Source: Ruminococcus sp.
GTDB taxonomy: Bacteria > Bacillota > Clostridia > Oscillospirales > Ruminococcaceae
Length of the DNA stretch: 64,000 nt
Assembly (NCBI GenBank): GCA_029060305.1
Contig: JAIDUG010000054.1
Location: 38,612-102,611, forward strand
Direction of reading: 5' to 3'
Of this stretch, positions 48,101 through 57,974 are shown piece after piece (within the stretch, counting starts at the first letter, position 1; each line of letters begins with the position of its first letter). Below the pieces are notes generated by a model, which was not told where the DNA came from, made no database searches, and worked only from the letters and a program-made list of their open reading frames with translations. A program made the translations under genes and the position numbers.

Positions 48101-49063
48101 TTCAATTTCGCAAGCCTTGTCGTAAGAAATTATTTCACCGGCATCAGCCATAATTTCGCCTGTCATGGGATTAATTACTGGTTCAGCAAGAGTGTGTCCG
48201 GCAAGACGAGAAGCAATGCCGAGTTTCTTGTTATACTTGTAACGTCCGAAACGGCAGAGGTCATATCTTTTTGCGTCAAAGAAAAGATTGTTAAGGTGAG
48301 TTATAGCACTTTCAACTGTAGGAGGTTCACCCGGACGGAGTTTCTTGTAAACGTCTATGAGAGCATCGGAATTATTTTTAGTGCCGTCTTTCTGAAGAAT
48401 AGTCTGTTTGAGACGGTCATCTTCACCGAACATTTTATATATTTCCTCGTCAGAGCCGATACCTAATGCTCTGATAAAAGTAGTAATCGGGATTTTTCTG
48501 TTTTTGTCGATACGTACATAGACAACATCGTTTGAGTCCATTTCGTATTCAAGCCACGCACCTCTGTTAGGGATAACTGTTGTGCTGAAAAGGTCTTTAC
48601 CGGTCTTGTCTTTTTCAAAGGCATAGTAAACACCGGGAGAACGTACAAGCTGTGAAACAATAACACGCTCCGCACCGTTTATAACGAAAGTTCCGCTGTC
48701 GGTCATGAGTGGGAAATCACCCATATAGATTTCACTTTCACTGACTGAGCCGGTTTCTTTGTTGAAAAGATTAGCAGTTGCCCTCATAGCCACCTGATAG
48801 GTAGCACCTCTGGACTTACATTCTGCGAGAGTGTATTTGGGTTCGGTATCAAATCTGTAATCCTTGAAACTGAGTACAAGATTACCGTTATAGTCAGTAA
48901 TGTCGGTCATATCACGGAAAACTTCACGGAGACCCTCTTCCCTGAACCATTTATACGAGTTCTTCTGAACTTCAATAAGGTTTGGCATTTCGAGTGGCTC
49001 AGTGATTTTACTGAAGCTCATTCTGACATTCTTTCCCAGTTGCTTAGGTGTAACATTCACCAT
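45152..49063 (-). CDS. rpoB: DNA-directed RNA polymerase beta subunit with a long acidic C-terminal tail
   Basis: [47 protein letters not shown]. Confidence 0.99.
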   Translation of the reverse strand: MVNVTPKQLGKNVRMSFSKITEPLEMPNLIEVQKNSYKWFREEGLREVFRDMTDITDYNGNLVLSFKDYRFDTEPKYTLAECKSRGATYQVAMRATANLFNKETGSVSESEIYMGDFPLMTDSGTFVINGAERVIVSQLVRSPGVYYAFEKDKTGKDLFSTTVIPNRGAWLEYEMDSNDVVYVRIDKNRKIPITTFIRALGIGSDEEIYKMFGEDDRLKQTILQKDGTKNNSDALIDVYKKLRPGEPPTVESAITHLNNLFFDAKRYDLCRFGRYKYNKKLGIASRLAGHTLAEPVINPMTGEIMADAGEIISYDKACEIEQAGVYHAFVNVEVKEYFKNDRDETEIRMVEKVAKIIGNGMVDIKQYINFDAEKYGVNEKVSFKVLREILETSADDDEIEENVKKRADELVPKHIILDDIFATISYFLNLCEGVGTVDDIDHLGNRRIRSVGELLQNQFRIGYARMERSIRERMNIQTQDTSTLTPQSLINIRPISSAMKEFFCSSPLSQFMDQNNPLSELTHKRRLSALGPGGLSRDRAGFEVRDVHYSHYGRMCPIETPEGPNIGLISYLATFARINDYGFIEAPYRRVDKETGIVTNEVIYMTADVEDNYIVAQANEPLTEDGKLKRPRVNARYRDQILECEREKVDFMDVSPKMVVSVATSMIPFLENDDANRALMGSNMQKQAVPLLRTERPFVGTGMEYKAAVDSGVCIVAEYDGRISYVDANRIHMIDSTGIEHKYELTKFKRSNQGTCVNQKPIVSVGEEVKKGQVLADGPATADGEISLGKNALIGFMTWEGYNYEDAVLLNERLVREDVFTSVHIEEYEIECRDTKLGPEEITRDIPNVGDDALANLDENGIIRIGSEVNSGDILVGKVTPKGETELTAEERLLRAIFGEKAREVRDNSLKVPHGASGVIVDVKVFTRENCDELSAGVNMRVICYIAQKRKITVGDKMAGRHGNKGVVSRILPEEDMPFLPDGTPLDIVLNPLGVPSRMNIGQVLEVHLGMACKALGWHIMTPVFDGAHEDDIRACFREANEKNKNHRDDMFEINAMDKVINPKALEMNEDGKFTLYDGRTGEKFDNRVTVGYMYYLKLHHLVDDKIHARSVGPYALVTQQPLGGKAQFGGQRFGEMEVWALEAYGAAYTLQEILTVKSDDTQGRVNTYEAIVKGQNVPSPGIPEAFKVLIKEMQSLCLDVKVLDINQDEIDLKQNFDDDDPIQSRDTSFSEEKTADNTDYSDDDIRGEGFNLDDDEISEEDDSDDYTNDEFAFDDEDDDELVIEDDNDLFDSFDIDDSSNEE

Positions 49064-49188
49064 AGGCGGAACCTCCTTATTTTTGCATATTCAAACCTGT
49101 CCGGAGATATATAATAGCGATATAGGCGGACAGGTCGTTTATTGATGTATGGAATATCACACAGAATAAAAAATTTTTCCGTAAACTC

Positions 49189-49217
49189 TTGACAAGTCTG
49201 TTTCAGTGTGATATAAT
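49189..49217 (+). promoter_or_regulatory. Perfect sigma-A promoter facing the rpoB promoter
   Basis: TTGACA-17-TATAAT with TGn extended -10. Confidence 0.75.
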
Positions 49218-49260
49218 AACATGATAACAGGGACTTTACCCCATATTGATACATTATATT

Positions 49261-49289
49261 ATTATAGTACATAATGTCGGAAATGTCAA
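49261..49289 (-). promoter_or_regulatory. Sigma-A promoter of rpoBC
   Basis: TTGACA-17-TATAAT on the minus strand, ~200 nt upstream of the rpoB ATG. Confidence 0.8.
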
Positions 49290-49317
49290 GGGGGTATGGA
49301 AACTTTTGTAAAAAATG

Positions 49318-49349
49318 CCGGATTGACAGAAAAATCCGGTTTTATTTTT
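49318..49349 (+). terminator. Plus-strand terminator-like hairpin upstream of the MBL gene
   Basis: CCGGATT-gacagaaa-AATCCGG-TTTTATTTTT. Confidence 0.6.
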
Positions 49350-49441
49350 ATTCATCTGTACAAAAAATATTTTCCGAAAATAATTTCAATGTTATTTAAA
49401 GATAACAATATTATAATCTGTAATGAAAGGTGGCGTTTTCA

Positions 49442-50251
49442 ATGAAAAAAATTGTTCTGATAATGATTGTTCTGATGTCGTTGTGTTCGTGCGGTAAAAA
49501 GGAAATATATCCTGATTTTACAATAGATTTTCTTGATGTCGGAAAAGCCGACAGTATGGTTTTAAGAACTGAAAACGGCACTGTAGTTATTGACTGTGGT
49601 GAAAAAGGTGACGGCAAGGAAATAATCAGTCTCCTTGAGGAAAACGGAATAGAAAGCGTTGATTATCTGATAGTAACGCATTATGACAAAGACCATGTGG
49701 GCGGTGTTGCAAAAGTTATAAACAACATTGAAGTGAAAAATGTCCTTGCTCCTGACTATGAAGAAGAAAGTCCCGAAATGGAAAAGTATCATAAGGCACT
49801 TGAAACAAAGAATATAACTCCTGTTCTTTTGACGGAAGATATTTCTTTCACACTTGACGGCGTTGATTATACAGTCTATGCACCTCAGAAAGATTTTTAC
49901 GGTGAAGATAATGACAATGATTTTTCGCTTGTTACGAAAGCAGTCTACCATGATACAACAATGTTGTTTACAGGTGATGCTATGGAACAGAGATTATCGG
50001 AGATTATGGACGTGGGAAAATGCAATCTGCTGAAAGTTCCGTATCACGCACGTAAACTTGACAATTCAGAAGAATTTATCAGTAAAGTCTGTCCGGAATA
50101 TGCTGTTGCCTGTACTTCAGAAGAAGAATTTTCCAACAATACGAAAAATCTTCTTGAAAAATACAAAGTGCAGTATTATGCGACCTGTTACAACGGCAGG
50201 ATTACAGCGGTAAGCAACGGCAATGAAATAAGTTTTACAACTGAAAAATAA
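49442..50251 (+). CDS. ComEC/Rec2-like MBL-fold metallo-hydrolase lipoprotein
   Basis: Lipobox LCSC; FLDVGKADS, IDCG, THYDKDHVGG, NDFSLV, FTGDA. Confidence 0.85.
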   Translation: MKKIVLIMIVLMSLCSCGKKEIYPDFTIDFLDVGKADSMVLRTENGTVVIDCGEKGDGKEIISLLEENGIESVDYLIVTHYDKDHVGGVAKVINNIEVKNVLAPDYEEESPEMEKYHKALETKNITPVLLTEDISFTLDGVDYTVYAPQKDFYGEDNDNDFSLVTKAVYHDTTMLFTGDAMEQRLSEIMDVGKCNLLKVPYHARKLDNSEEFISKVCPEYAVACTSEEEFSNNTKNLLEKYKVQYYATCYNGRITAVSNGNEISFTTEK

Positions 50252-50255
50252 AAAC

Positions 50256-50285
50256 AGGCGTATGTTTGTGACATACGCCTTTTAT
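50256..50285. terminator. Bidirectional terminator
   Basis: AGGCGTATGT-ttgtg-ACATACGCCT. Confidence 0.8.
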
Positions 50286-50286
50286 G

Positions 50287-51453
50287 TTATTTTTTTCTTT
50301 TGAAATAAAGTCCTACAGCTTCACTTGCCGAGAGCATTACAATCACAGCGATAGTACAGCCGATTGATACAGCATAGAGTATTCCCGCAAGTGCGAGACT
50401 TCCGTTGTGTTGAGGTATCATTGCAAGTCCAGGGAAAACCTGTATTATTCCGCACACGACAAATATAAACGTCGCAAGTGATTTGAAACCGTTCATACCT
50501 GTAATAAGAGTCAGCGAGCCTAAAGCACTTGCAAAAGCGATATACATAGCCGAATTTTTTATAGTGTTTCCTGCACCGCTGAGAGAATCTTTGTAGTCAA
50601 GACCGAGTTTTCCACCGTACAGCAGATAAAAAGCTACTGCACCGACTATACCTATAACAGCGATTACTATTGTAATCATAAAGCCTTTTTCAGCAAGCTG
50701 AGCTTTCTGCTGTTCTTTGAGTTCAAGCATCATTCGCAGGCTTTCCTTTGAATTTTTCTGATTCGACTGCAACTGCGATGATACAGCCTGTTTAGCACCC
50801 TCACGTTTTGCACGTTCAACATCTTCGTCAACGTATTTCGGAACAAATTTCGGTAATTCAGGTTCTTCATCGAGAATGGGAGCTTCTACAGGTTCGAGAG
50901 GCGGAGTATTTTTCTTTTCTTCCTGTGGAGGCGGAGTATAATTTTCCTCGTCCAGTACAGGAGCAGTGATTTCCGGAGCCGGTGCTTCTGCTCCCAGTTG
51001 CTCACGACGCATATTCAGTACTTTCTGTTGTTGTTCGTCTGAAAGATTATCGTATATTGTTCTGAGTTCAGGAGTAAGACCGGAGATTATTTCTTCGTCG
51101 CTGAGAATGAGTTTTCCGGAAGCTGATTCTGTAGTATTTTTTGTTTCAGATGAAGACAGTCCGAAAGAATCAATATCGTCCAGTACAGGTGCGGAAACTC
51201 CTGTCGGATTGCCTTTTCTGTGGTCAGTGAAAGCGTTGTAATTATTGTCCATACTGTCAAGGACAAGCGTGTCAACACCAGTCGGAGCACCTTTTTTGCG
51301 GTCAAGAGCAGGATTGTAATTTGTTTCCATACTGTCAAGGACGAGCGTGTCAACACCGGTCGGAGCGCCTTTTTTCTGAGTATTTGCTGTATATTCTATA
51401 TCTTCCAGAACAGGAGCATAATTATCATCGGGCATAAAATCACCTTTTTTCAC
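50287..51453 (-). CDS. Membrane protein with a disordered acidic repeat-containing N-terminus and ~4 C-terminal TM
   Basis: Repeated (A/T)(P/L)(V/I)L(D/E) motifs; probable true start MPDD at 51435. Confidence 0.75.
   Translation of the reverse strand: MKKGDFMPDDNYAPVLEDIEYTANTQKKGAPTGVDTLVLDSMETNYNPALDRKKGAPTGVDTLVLDSMDNNYNAFTDHRKGNPTGVSAPVLDDIDSFGLSSSETKNTTESASGKLILSDEEIISGLTPELRTIYDNLSDEQQQKVLNMRREQLGAEAPAPEITAPVLDEENYTPPPQEEKKNTPPLEPVEAPILDEEPELPKFVPKYVDEDVERAKREGAKQAVSSQLQSNQKNSKESLRMMLELKEQQKAQLAEKGFMITIVIAVIGIVGAVAFYLLYGGKLGLDYKDSLSGAGNTIKNSAMYIAFASALGSLTLITGMNGFKSLATFIFVVCGIIQVFPGLAMIPQHNGSLALAGILYAVSIGCTIAVIVMLSASEAVGLYFKRKK
51249..51374 (-). repeat. 78-nt-period tandem duplication within the CDS
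   Basis: ccatactgtcaaggacRagcgtgtcaacaccRgtcggagcRccttttt at 51249-51296 and 51327-51374 (KKGAPTGVDTLVLDSM twice); degenerate third copy ~51175-51220. Confidence 0.9.
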
Positions 51454-51472
51454 GTTAAGTTTTAAGAAATAA

Positions 51473-52750
51473 TTATCTTTCGATAACCTGACTTCTGTCA
51501 GGACCTACGCCGACCATACTTACGTGACAGCCGACGAGTTCTTCAAGGCGTGCGATGTATTTTTTGCAGTTTTCGGGGAGTTCTTCAAAACTTCTGCACT
51601 TTGAAATATCTTCTGTGAATCCCTCAAATTCTTCATATACAGGAGTACAGCCGTCGAGTTCTTCGAGAGCAGGAGGGAAGTTTTCAGTAACAGAGCCGTC
51701 GGGTTTCTTGTAAGCAACGCAGATTTTAAGAGTGTCGAGACCGGAAAGAGTGTCAAGTTTATTTATGGCGAGACTGTCAAGACCGTTTACTCTTACAGAA
51801 TGACGTACTATAACAGCATCAAACCAGCCTGTACGTCTTGGTCTGCCGGTAGTAGTGCCAAATTCTCCGCCGACGTTTCTAATCTGGTCGCCTGTTTCGT
51901 CGTCAAGTTCAGTCGGGAAAGGTCCTTTTCCGACACGTGTTGTATAAGCCTTTGCAACGCCGATTATGTTTGTGATTTCCTTAGGACCTATTCCTGTTCC
52001 TATACATACACCTGCAGAAAGCGGGTGTGAAGAAGTTACATAAGGATATGTGCCGAAATCAATATCAAGAAGTGTAGCCTGTGCACCCTCAAACATTATA
52101 TTTTTTCCGGCTTTGGAAGCATTGAAAGTAAGTACAGAAACGTCGTCCATATATGGAATAAGTCTCTTTCCGTACTCTGTATACTCAGCAGTAACGGCAT
52201 CAAGGTCGAATGGTTCACCGCCGTAAACTTCTGTAATTATTTTGTTTTTGAGTTTGCCTGTAGCCTGAATTTTTTCTGCAAGGAGTTCAGGGTGAACAAG
52301 GTCAAACATTCTGATACCGCATCTTTCGTATTTATCCATATAAGTAGGACCGATACCACGTTTTGTAGTGCCGATATCTTTACCGCCTCTGAAAGCCTCT
52401 GAAAGACCGTCAAGTGCAATGTGCCACGGCATAACGATATGTGCACGGGGGTCAACTTTGAGATGACCTTCTGTCTGAATACCTCTTTCTGCGAGGCTGT
52501 CGAGTTCGCCTATAAAGTCCTTTGGGTCGAGAACAACACCAGCACCGATAAGGCAGAGAGTATTCGGGTAGAGAATACCGGACGGAATAAGGTGGAGTTT
52601 GTAGACCTCACCGTTGTTTACAACAGTATGACCGGCATTGTTACCGCCCTGTGAACGTACAACTACATCAGCACGGGAAGCAAGAATATCAATTACTTTA
52701 CCTTTACCCTCGTCGCCCCACTGAGTTCCTACAACAATATTAGCAGGCAT
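51473..52750 (-). CDS. purA: Adenylosuccinate synthetase
   Basis: GTQWGDEGKGK, QGGNNAGHT, FEGAQATLLDIDFGTYPYVTSS, GTTTGRPRR. Confidence 0.99.
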   Translation of the reverse strand: MPANIVVGTQWGDEGKGKVIDILASRADVVVRSQGGNNAGHTVVNNGEVYKLHLIPSGILYPNTLCLIGAGVVLDPKDFIGELDSLAERGIQTEGHLKVDPRAHIVMPWHIALDGLSEAFRGGKDIGTTKRGIGPTYMDKYERCGIRMFDLVHPELLAEKIQATGKLKNKIITEVYGGEPFDLDAVTAEYTEYGKRLIPYMDDVSVLTFNASKAGKNIMFEGAQATLLDIDFGTYPYVTSSHPLSAGVCIGTGIGPKEITNIIGVAKAYTTRVGKGPFPTELDDETGDQIRNVGGEFGTTTGRPRRTGWFDAVIVRHSVRVNGLDSLAINKLDTLSGLDTLKICVAYKKPDGSVTENFPPALEELDGCTPVYEEFEGFTEDISKCRSFEELPENCKKYIARLEELVGCHVSMVGVGPDRSQVIER

Positions 52751-52805
52751 TATTATTTTCCTCTTTTCATGATAATATTAGTGCCGTCAGGCACACTTAC
52801 AATTT

Positions 52806-52834
52806 ATTATATCATATTGAAACTTACATTTCAA
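52806..52834 (-). promoter_or_regulatory. Sigma-A promoter of purA
   Basis: TTGAAA-17-TATAAT with TGn. Confidence 0.75.
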
Positions 52835-52904
52835 TAGGTTTGAGGAAAAAATTTTCATATTGCTGTAAAAATAATTCCCTGTTATATAACAGGGAAAAAA
52901 TCTT

Positions 52905-53624
52905 TTATTCAAGACCTATGTATATACCAGGGTTGTAACCGTCACCCTCCGGACATAGTAGCCAGCCGTCACCACGCACCTCAACAACGTAAATCCAGTA
53001 TTTATTTATATCGTAATCTTCAGCACCCTCCGTGCGAAATTCCACTTTTATTTTGTAAGCTGATTTTATACTTCTTGCTCCGAAATCCTTTTCATAAATT
53101 TTTCTGATTTCTGCCGTTTCTGAATTGTTTAGTTCTTTTCTGTCGAGAAGTTCAGCGTAGAGTTTTATATTTTTTCCGTAATCAAGTTCAAGGGTATCTT
53201 TTTCCTTTTCAAGACCGTCATTGAGAGTATTTATATAGTTTTTCCAGTCGTCCGCACTGCCGGAATCGTGTTTCAACTGGTCTATATAATCACTCGGTAA
53301 CATAATTTTCATCATTTTTTCGGAGTTGTTACGGTTGTAAGCACTCACGAAATCTGTAATCGGTTTTTCATATTCGGGTTTTGTACTGCGTACAACAGGC
53401 TCATCAGTCCCACCGCTGAACATAAATACAATGATTTTTAATAAAGCTATTATAATAACGGCTATGCAGACAGCACCAATAATAAGCTGTCGTTTATTTG
53501 CAACGGCAACTGCTTTTATTTCTTTTACAGCCTGTTTCGGACGAGAACGTGCCTTTATGCTTTCAGAGCAGTCACATTGTGTACCGTCGGGAAGTTCCTT
53601 TCCGCAAAATCCGCAAAAACGCAT
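52905..53624 (-). CDS. Hypothetical membrane-anchored protein with an N-terminal Zn ribbon
   Basis: FCGFCG...CDC, then one TM and an extracellular acidic domain; own promoter TTGACA-17-TACAAT at 53659-53687. Confidence 0.75.
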   Translation of the reverse strand: MRFCGFCGKELPDGTQCDCSESIKARSRPKQAVKEIKAVAVANKRQLIIGAVCIAVIIIALLKIIVFMFSGGTDEPVVRSTKPEYEKPITDFVSAYNRNNSEKMMKIMLPSDYIDQLKHDSGSADDWKNYINTLNDGLEKEKDTLELDYGKNIKLYAELLDRKELNNSETAEIRKIYEKDFGARSIKSAYKIKVEFRTEGAEDYDINKYWIYVVEVRGDGWLLCPEGDGYNPGIYIGLE

Positions 53625-53730
53625 ATACTGAACCTCCGTAAAAAGTTAATTTAACAGTATTGTATCACAAACGGAAGTTTATGTCAAGCAAAAAACGGAC
53701 ATATAAAAAATTTATACGTCCGTTACAGTG

Positions 53731-54558
53731 TTATCTGATTATACTCATAGGGTCGGTAAAAGTGCTGTTGTGAGTGATTTCAAAGTGAAGGTGAGGCTCG
53801 AGTGCACTTTCTATATCAGCAGTCTGACCGACAAGACCGATAACGTCTCCGCTTACAAGATTATCGCCCTCCTGTACCGACAAATCTTCCGCAAGATTGC
53901 AGTATTTTGAGATAAAGCCGTTGTGGTGGTCGACTGTTACTGTAATTCCCCACAGGGCATCTTTTTTGACGGAAGTTACTTCACCGTTGGAGATTGCGTA
54001 AACTTCCGACCCTGCTTCCGCTGAGAAGTCTGTACCGTTGTGGGTCTGCCACGAACCTGTTGTTTCGTTCTTTACGAGTTCTGTACCGCTGAAATCAGTA
54101 AGAACATTTGAAATGTCCGCAAGCGGTGGTTTTACGTTATCGAGTTTCGGGGAAACCGTTTCCACAGAATCATCTTCCGGAGCGATTACTTCTTCAATCG
54201 GGTCAATATCGGCAACTACTTCATTAAATTCCTCTTCCGGAGTTTCGATAATTATTTCCTCAATCGGAATAGTTTCCGCCTGTACCTGTACAGCTGTAGT
54301 AATCACCGGTTCCGTTGTTGTGGGAATCTGTGCGACAACGTAAGCAGTAGTAGTTGATTTCGGGACGTTATTGTACTTTTTGTCAACAGCGGTATCAGGC
54401 GAGTTTATTCCGGCATTCAGGTGACTTTCCGTAATTTTTTCGCCCTCACCGTAGGCAAAAAGGCACGCTGCACCAATCATCACGGCACTTATTCCGAGTG
54501 CCACGTAAAAGCCTTTTGAACCTTTTATTTTGTTTTCTGTTAATACATTTTTTTTCAC
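53731..54558 (-). CDS. spoIIQ: M23/LytM peptidase, SpoIIQ-like
   Basis: Start moved to GTG 54558 (GGAGG RBS); KGFYVAL + TM, W.THNGTDF, HLHFE; sigma-F-like promoter upstream. Confidence 0.7.
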   Translation of the reverse strand: MKKNVLTENKIKGSKGFYVALGISAVMIGAACLFAYGEGEKITESHLNAGINSPDTAVDKKYNNVPKSTTTAYVVAQIPTTTEPVITTAVQVQAETIPIEEIIIETPEEEFNEVVADIDPIEEVIAPEDDSVETVSPKLDNVKPPLADISNVLTDFSGTELVKNETTGSWQTHNGTDFSAEAGSEVYAISNGEVTSVKKDALWGITVTVDHHNGFISKYCNLAEDLSVQEGDNLVSGDVIGLVGQTADIESALEPHLHFEITHNSTFTDPMSIIR

Positions 54559-54576
54559 GTATAACACCTCCGATAA

Positions 54577-54606
54577 TATTTTGGACAGCTCGGCGGTAAT
54601 TTATAC
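54577..54606 (-). promoter_or_regulatory. Sigma-F-like (forespore) promoter
   Basis: Minus strand GTATA-15 nt-GTCCAAAATA versus consensus GYATA-15-GGnnAnAnTR. Confidence 0.55.
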
Positions 54607-54624
54607 ACGTGAAAAAATCAAATA

Positions 54625-55374
54625 TTATGAATGGTGTTCGCCTTTGAGACCTGCTTTTATACCCTTTATGATTACTTGTCTTGCGTGTACTGCCCTTTCT
54701 TTCGGAAGAGGGGGAGTGTCTCCGAGAGGATATTCAATACCGAGTTCAGCATATTTTGGTTTCGCCATATCGTGATATGCAAGTACATCAAGTGCCTTTA
54801 AGTTTGTGAGTGTTGCAAGATATTCGCCCAGTCTGAAAAGTTCGTCATCGTCGTCTGTTATTTCAGGGACTACAACGTGTCTTATCCATACCGGAATTTT
54901 AAGGTCTCTGAGATGTTCAGCAAATGCGAGAATATTTTTGTTGTCAAGACCTGTGAGTTTTTTATGTTCTATAGGGTCTATGTGTTTTATGTCAAGCATT
55001 ACGAGGTCGGTATATTTTAAAGCCTCGTCAATTTTTGAGTGTTCTTCCGGATTATATACACCTGCCGAAGTATCAAGACAAGTGTGAATACCTTTTGATT
55101 TTGCAAGTGCGAAAAGTTCCGCTAAAAACTCCGGTTGAGCAAGAGGTTCACCGCCTGTTGCAGTGATACCGCCTGATTTGAAAAATTCCTTGTATGAGTC
55201 ATATTCTTTCATAATTTCTTCAGCAGTCATTTCATGACCTTTTCCAAACTCCCACGTATCAGGGTTGTGACAGTACTTGCAACGGAGCGGACAGCCCTGA
55301 AAAAATACTACAAATCTTACTCCGGGACCGTCAACTGTCCCGAAACTTTCCGTTGAATGAATGTGTCCAATCAT
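54625..55374 (-). CDS. pflA: Pyruvate formate-lyase activating enzyme
   Basis: ESFGTVDGPG.RFVVF.QGCPLRCKYCHNPDTW, TGGEPL.Q. Confidence 0.95.
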   Translation of the reverse strand: MIGHIHSTESFGTVDGPGVRFVVFFQGCPLRCKYCHNPDTWEFGKGHEMTAEEIMKEYDSYKEFFKSGGITATGGEPLAQPEFLAELFALAKSKGIHTCLDTSAGVYNPEEHSKIDEALKYTDLVMLDIKHIDPIEHKKLTGLDNKNILAFAEHLRDLKIPVWIRHVVVPEITDDDDELFRLGEYLATLTNLKALDVLAYHDMAKPKYAELGIEYPLGDTPPLPKERAVHARQVIIKGIKAGLKGEHHS

Positions 55375-55376
55375 TT

Positions 55377-56690
55377 TTATACACCTCTGTTTTTAATATA
55401 GTTTAATAATATCTCATGTTCATTGGGAAGTTTTTCCTCAATGACAAGATTAAGCAAATTTTTTAAGGTACTTCCGATTTCCGCACCTTTCAGACCGTTT
55501 TTTACAAGGTCGTTTCCGTTTACGTCAAGCATATGAAGACTGCGACATTCGTTGTTTTCAATGATTTTTTCCGCTGTTCTGATATTTTCGTCAAGCTGTA
55601 TATTTTCTTCACGTACAAAATCGTTTTTAGCGGAATTGTCGCATTTTTTCATTTCCATGAGTTCAAAGAAAAGTACGTCACCGATAGCCGACATCATTTT
55701 TTTAATTTCAGTTTTCGTGAATATTTTTTCACTGTGATGTGCAATCAGTATTGTTGAATAATCTATTGAATCGTTATCATATTTCAAACGTTTCATAATA
55801 TCCCGTGTCATTTCCGCACCGATTTCAGCGTGTTTTTTGAAATGCCCTCTTCCTGTTTCGTCAAATTTTGCACAAAGAGGTTTTGCTATATCGTGGAAAA
55901 GCAATGCACGACGCATTTTCACATTGTCGGACGGTGCAGAGTTTACAGCACGTGCAATATGTTCCCATACGGTGTACTTGTGGTATGGTGAATGCTGTTC
56001 AAAACCTATGCAATTTTCAAATTCGGGAATAATAGTTGCTATAACGTCACTGTACTCAATAAGCACATTGAGACAGTTTTTTCCGCAAATCAGTTTGTCG
56101 AGTTCCTGAATAATGCGTTCTTTTGAGATGTTTTTCAGACGGTTTTTCATTTGGTGAATCGCCTTTGCGGTTTCCGTTTCTATTTCAAAGCCGAGTTGTG
56201 CGGAAAATCTTATTGCACGCATAATTCTGAGTGCATCTTCTGTGAAACGTTTTTCGGGACTGCCCACACATCTTATTATTTTTTTCCTTATATCTTCTGC
56301 ACCGCCGAAATAGTCGGAAATTTCACCTTTTGAGTTCATTGCGATTGCATTTATAGTGAAGTCTCTCCTTGCAAGGTCTTCACGTAAGTTTGCGGTAAAC
56401 TCAACGCTGTCCGGACGGCGTGAATCAGTGTATTCACCGTCAATGCGGTAAGTTGTTATTTCGTATGATATACCGCCGGAAATTACCGTTACAGTACCGT
56501 GTTTTATTCCTGTGGGAACGGTTTTATATTCTCTGAAAACTTCTATAATCTGTTCGGGAAGTGCGTTTGTAGTTATATCGGTATCGTCAAAAGGTCTTTT
56601 CATAAGTGTATCACGTACACAACCGCCTACAATATAGGCTTCAAAACCGGCTTTTTCCAGAACGTCAAGTATTTCTGCCGATTGATTCAA
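55377..56690 (-). CDS. cca: CCA-adding tRNA nucleotidyltransferase with HD-type segment
   Basis: VGGCVRD...DTD, EITTYR, DLARRDFTINA, EDALRIMRA, LFHDIAK; probable TTG start at 56690 (AAGGAG RBS). Confidence 0.92.
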   Translation of the reverse strand: MNQSAEILDVLEKAGFEAYIVGGCVRDTLMKRPFDDTDITTNALPEQIIEVFREYKTVPTGIKHGTVTVISGGISYEITTYRIDGEYTDSRRPDSVEFTANLREDLARRDFTINAIAMNSKGEISDYFGGAEDIRKKIIRCVGSPEKRFTEDALRIMRAIRFSAQLGFEIETETAKAIHQMKNRLKNISKERIIQELDKLICGKNCLNVLIEYSDVIATIIPEFENCIGFEQHSPYHKYTVWEHIARAVNSAPSDNVKMRRALLFHDIAKPLCAKFDETGRGHFKKHAEIGAEMTRDIMKRLKYDNDSIDYSTILIAHHSEKIFTKTEIKKMMSAIGDVLFFELMEMKKCDNSAKNDFVREENIQLDENIRTAEKIIENNECRSLHMLDVNGNDLVKNGLKGAEIGSTLKNLLNLVIEEKLPNEHEILLNYIKNRGV

Positions 56691-56834
56691 AATTTTATCC
56701 ACTCCTTTTTTTATTATAGAAATATTATACAACTTTTTTCATTTGAAATCAATAGTAATTTCGTACAACTTGACGGCAGGAAAATTTTGTGATAAAATAT
56801 CTTATGTAAATTTTTTAATACTGGAGGGGTTTAT

Positions 56835-57794
56835 ATGGCTCAGACTATCCTGAATCAGACCATTATTATGCTTATACTTATAATGGTCGGTGTACTCTGT
56901 GCAAAACTCAGACTTATAAGCAGTAACACAAATAAGGAACTGTCGCAGTTTGTATTGCAGGTCGTGAATCCTGTAGTCATCTTCATGTCATATCAGAAAG
57001 ACTATGAGGCACGCCTTGTGAAAAATCTTCTGCTTACGTTTGCGTTTTCCGTACTTGCATTTGCGGTAATGATTGCGGTTGCGTATCTTTTCATTCGCAA
57101 AAAAGAAGACAGGCACACGGAAGTCGAAAGATTTTCCGCTATCTACTCAAACTGTGCTTTCATGGGTATACCGCTTATGTCAGCACTTTTCGGTGACGAG
57201 GGTGTTTTTTACCTTACCGCTTTCATAACTGTCTTTAACCTCGTTATCTGGACTCACGGTGTAATAACTATTTCCGGCGAAAAAGATATGAAACAGGTTG
57301 TAAAAGTTTTCTACTCGCCGACGATAATCGCCATTGTACTTGGAATAATATCGTTTTTCCTGCGTGGAATGATTAAAGAAGTACCGGAAATCGTTTCAAA
57401 TATTCTGTCTGTTCCCGAAAGTGCTTTGAATTTCATAAAGGAAATAAATACTCCTATGGCTATGATAGTATCGGGCGTGACCATCTCTGCAACTAATGTA
57501 CCGAAGTTACTTAAAAATGTGCGTGTATATTTCATATGTCTTGTAAAGCTGTTGATTATACCGCTTGCACTTGCACTTGTAATGTCACCTTTCGGAATAG
57601 ACGAAAAAGTCCGTATGACTGTAATAGTTGCAGTTGCATCACCGCCTGCCGCAATGTGTACTCTGTTCTGTCTGAAATACAATAAAAATTCAGTGTATGC
57701 GTCGGAGATTTTCGCCGCCGGAACTATTCTCTCTGTACTTACTTTACCAATAGTGGTAAATTTTACGGAAAAATTAACAAATTTACTCCATTAA
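56835..57794 (+). CDS. AEC family transporter (auxin efflux carrier/malate permease-like)
   Basis: ~10 TM, YSNCAFMGIPL, NTPMAMIVSG, SPPAA. Confidence 0.9.
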   Translation: MAQTILNQTIIMLILIMVGVLCAKLRLISSNTNKELSQFVLQVVNPVVIFMSYQKDYEARLVKNLLLTFAFSVLAFAVMIAVAYLFIRKKEDRHTEVERFSAIYSNCAFMGIPLMSALFGDEGVFYLTAFITVFNLVIWTHGVITISGEKDMKQVVKVFYSPTIIAIVLGIISFFLRGMIKEVPEIVSNILSVPESALNFIKEINTPMAMIVSGVTISATNVPKLLKNVRVYFICLVKLLIIPLALALVMSPFGIDEKVRMTVIVAVASPPAAMCTLFCLKYNKNSVYASEIFAAGTILSVLTLPIVVNFTEKLTNLLH

Positions 57795-57974
57795 GTTTGT
57801 AAAAAATGCTGATTTTAATATTTTTTACAAAAAAATGTTTGAATTTTAGTAAATATGTGTTATAATTAATACACATCACTCTACGAATTTTTGATAAGTT
57901 ACAGCAGATTCATTTGATACAAATAATACTGCTGATTATTATATTTTTATCAAGAAAGGATTGGATTTTATACT

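Noticed and set aside
49390-49408. TGTTATTTAAAGATAACA palindrome as a Rex site
   Set aside because: The TGTTA and TAACA half-sites are 8 nt apart instead of 6.
49296-49424. 42-codon ORF METFVKNAG... upstream of the MBL gene
   Set aside because: The SD-like GGGGG is only 1-2 nt from the ATG, and the ORF runs through a terminator-like hairpin.
52755-52800. GTGCC-TGAC-GGCAC hairpin in the purA leader as a purine or guanidine riboswitch
   Set aside because: The leader is too short for a purine aptamer and lacks its conserved loops; a single hairpin without a paired ACGR twin.
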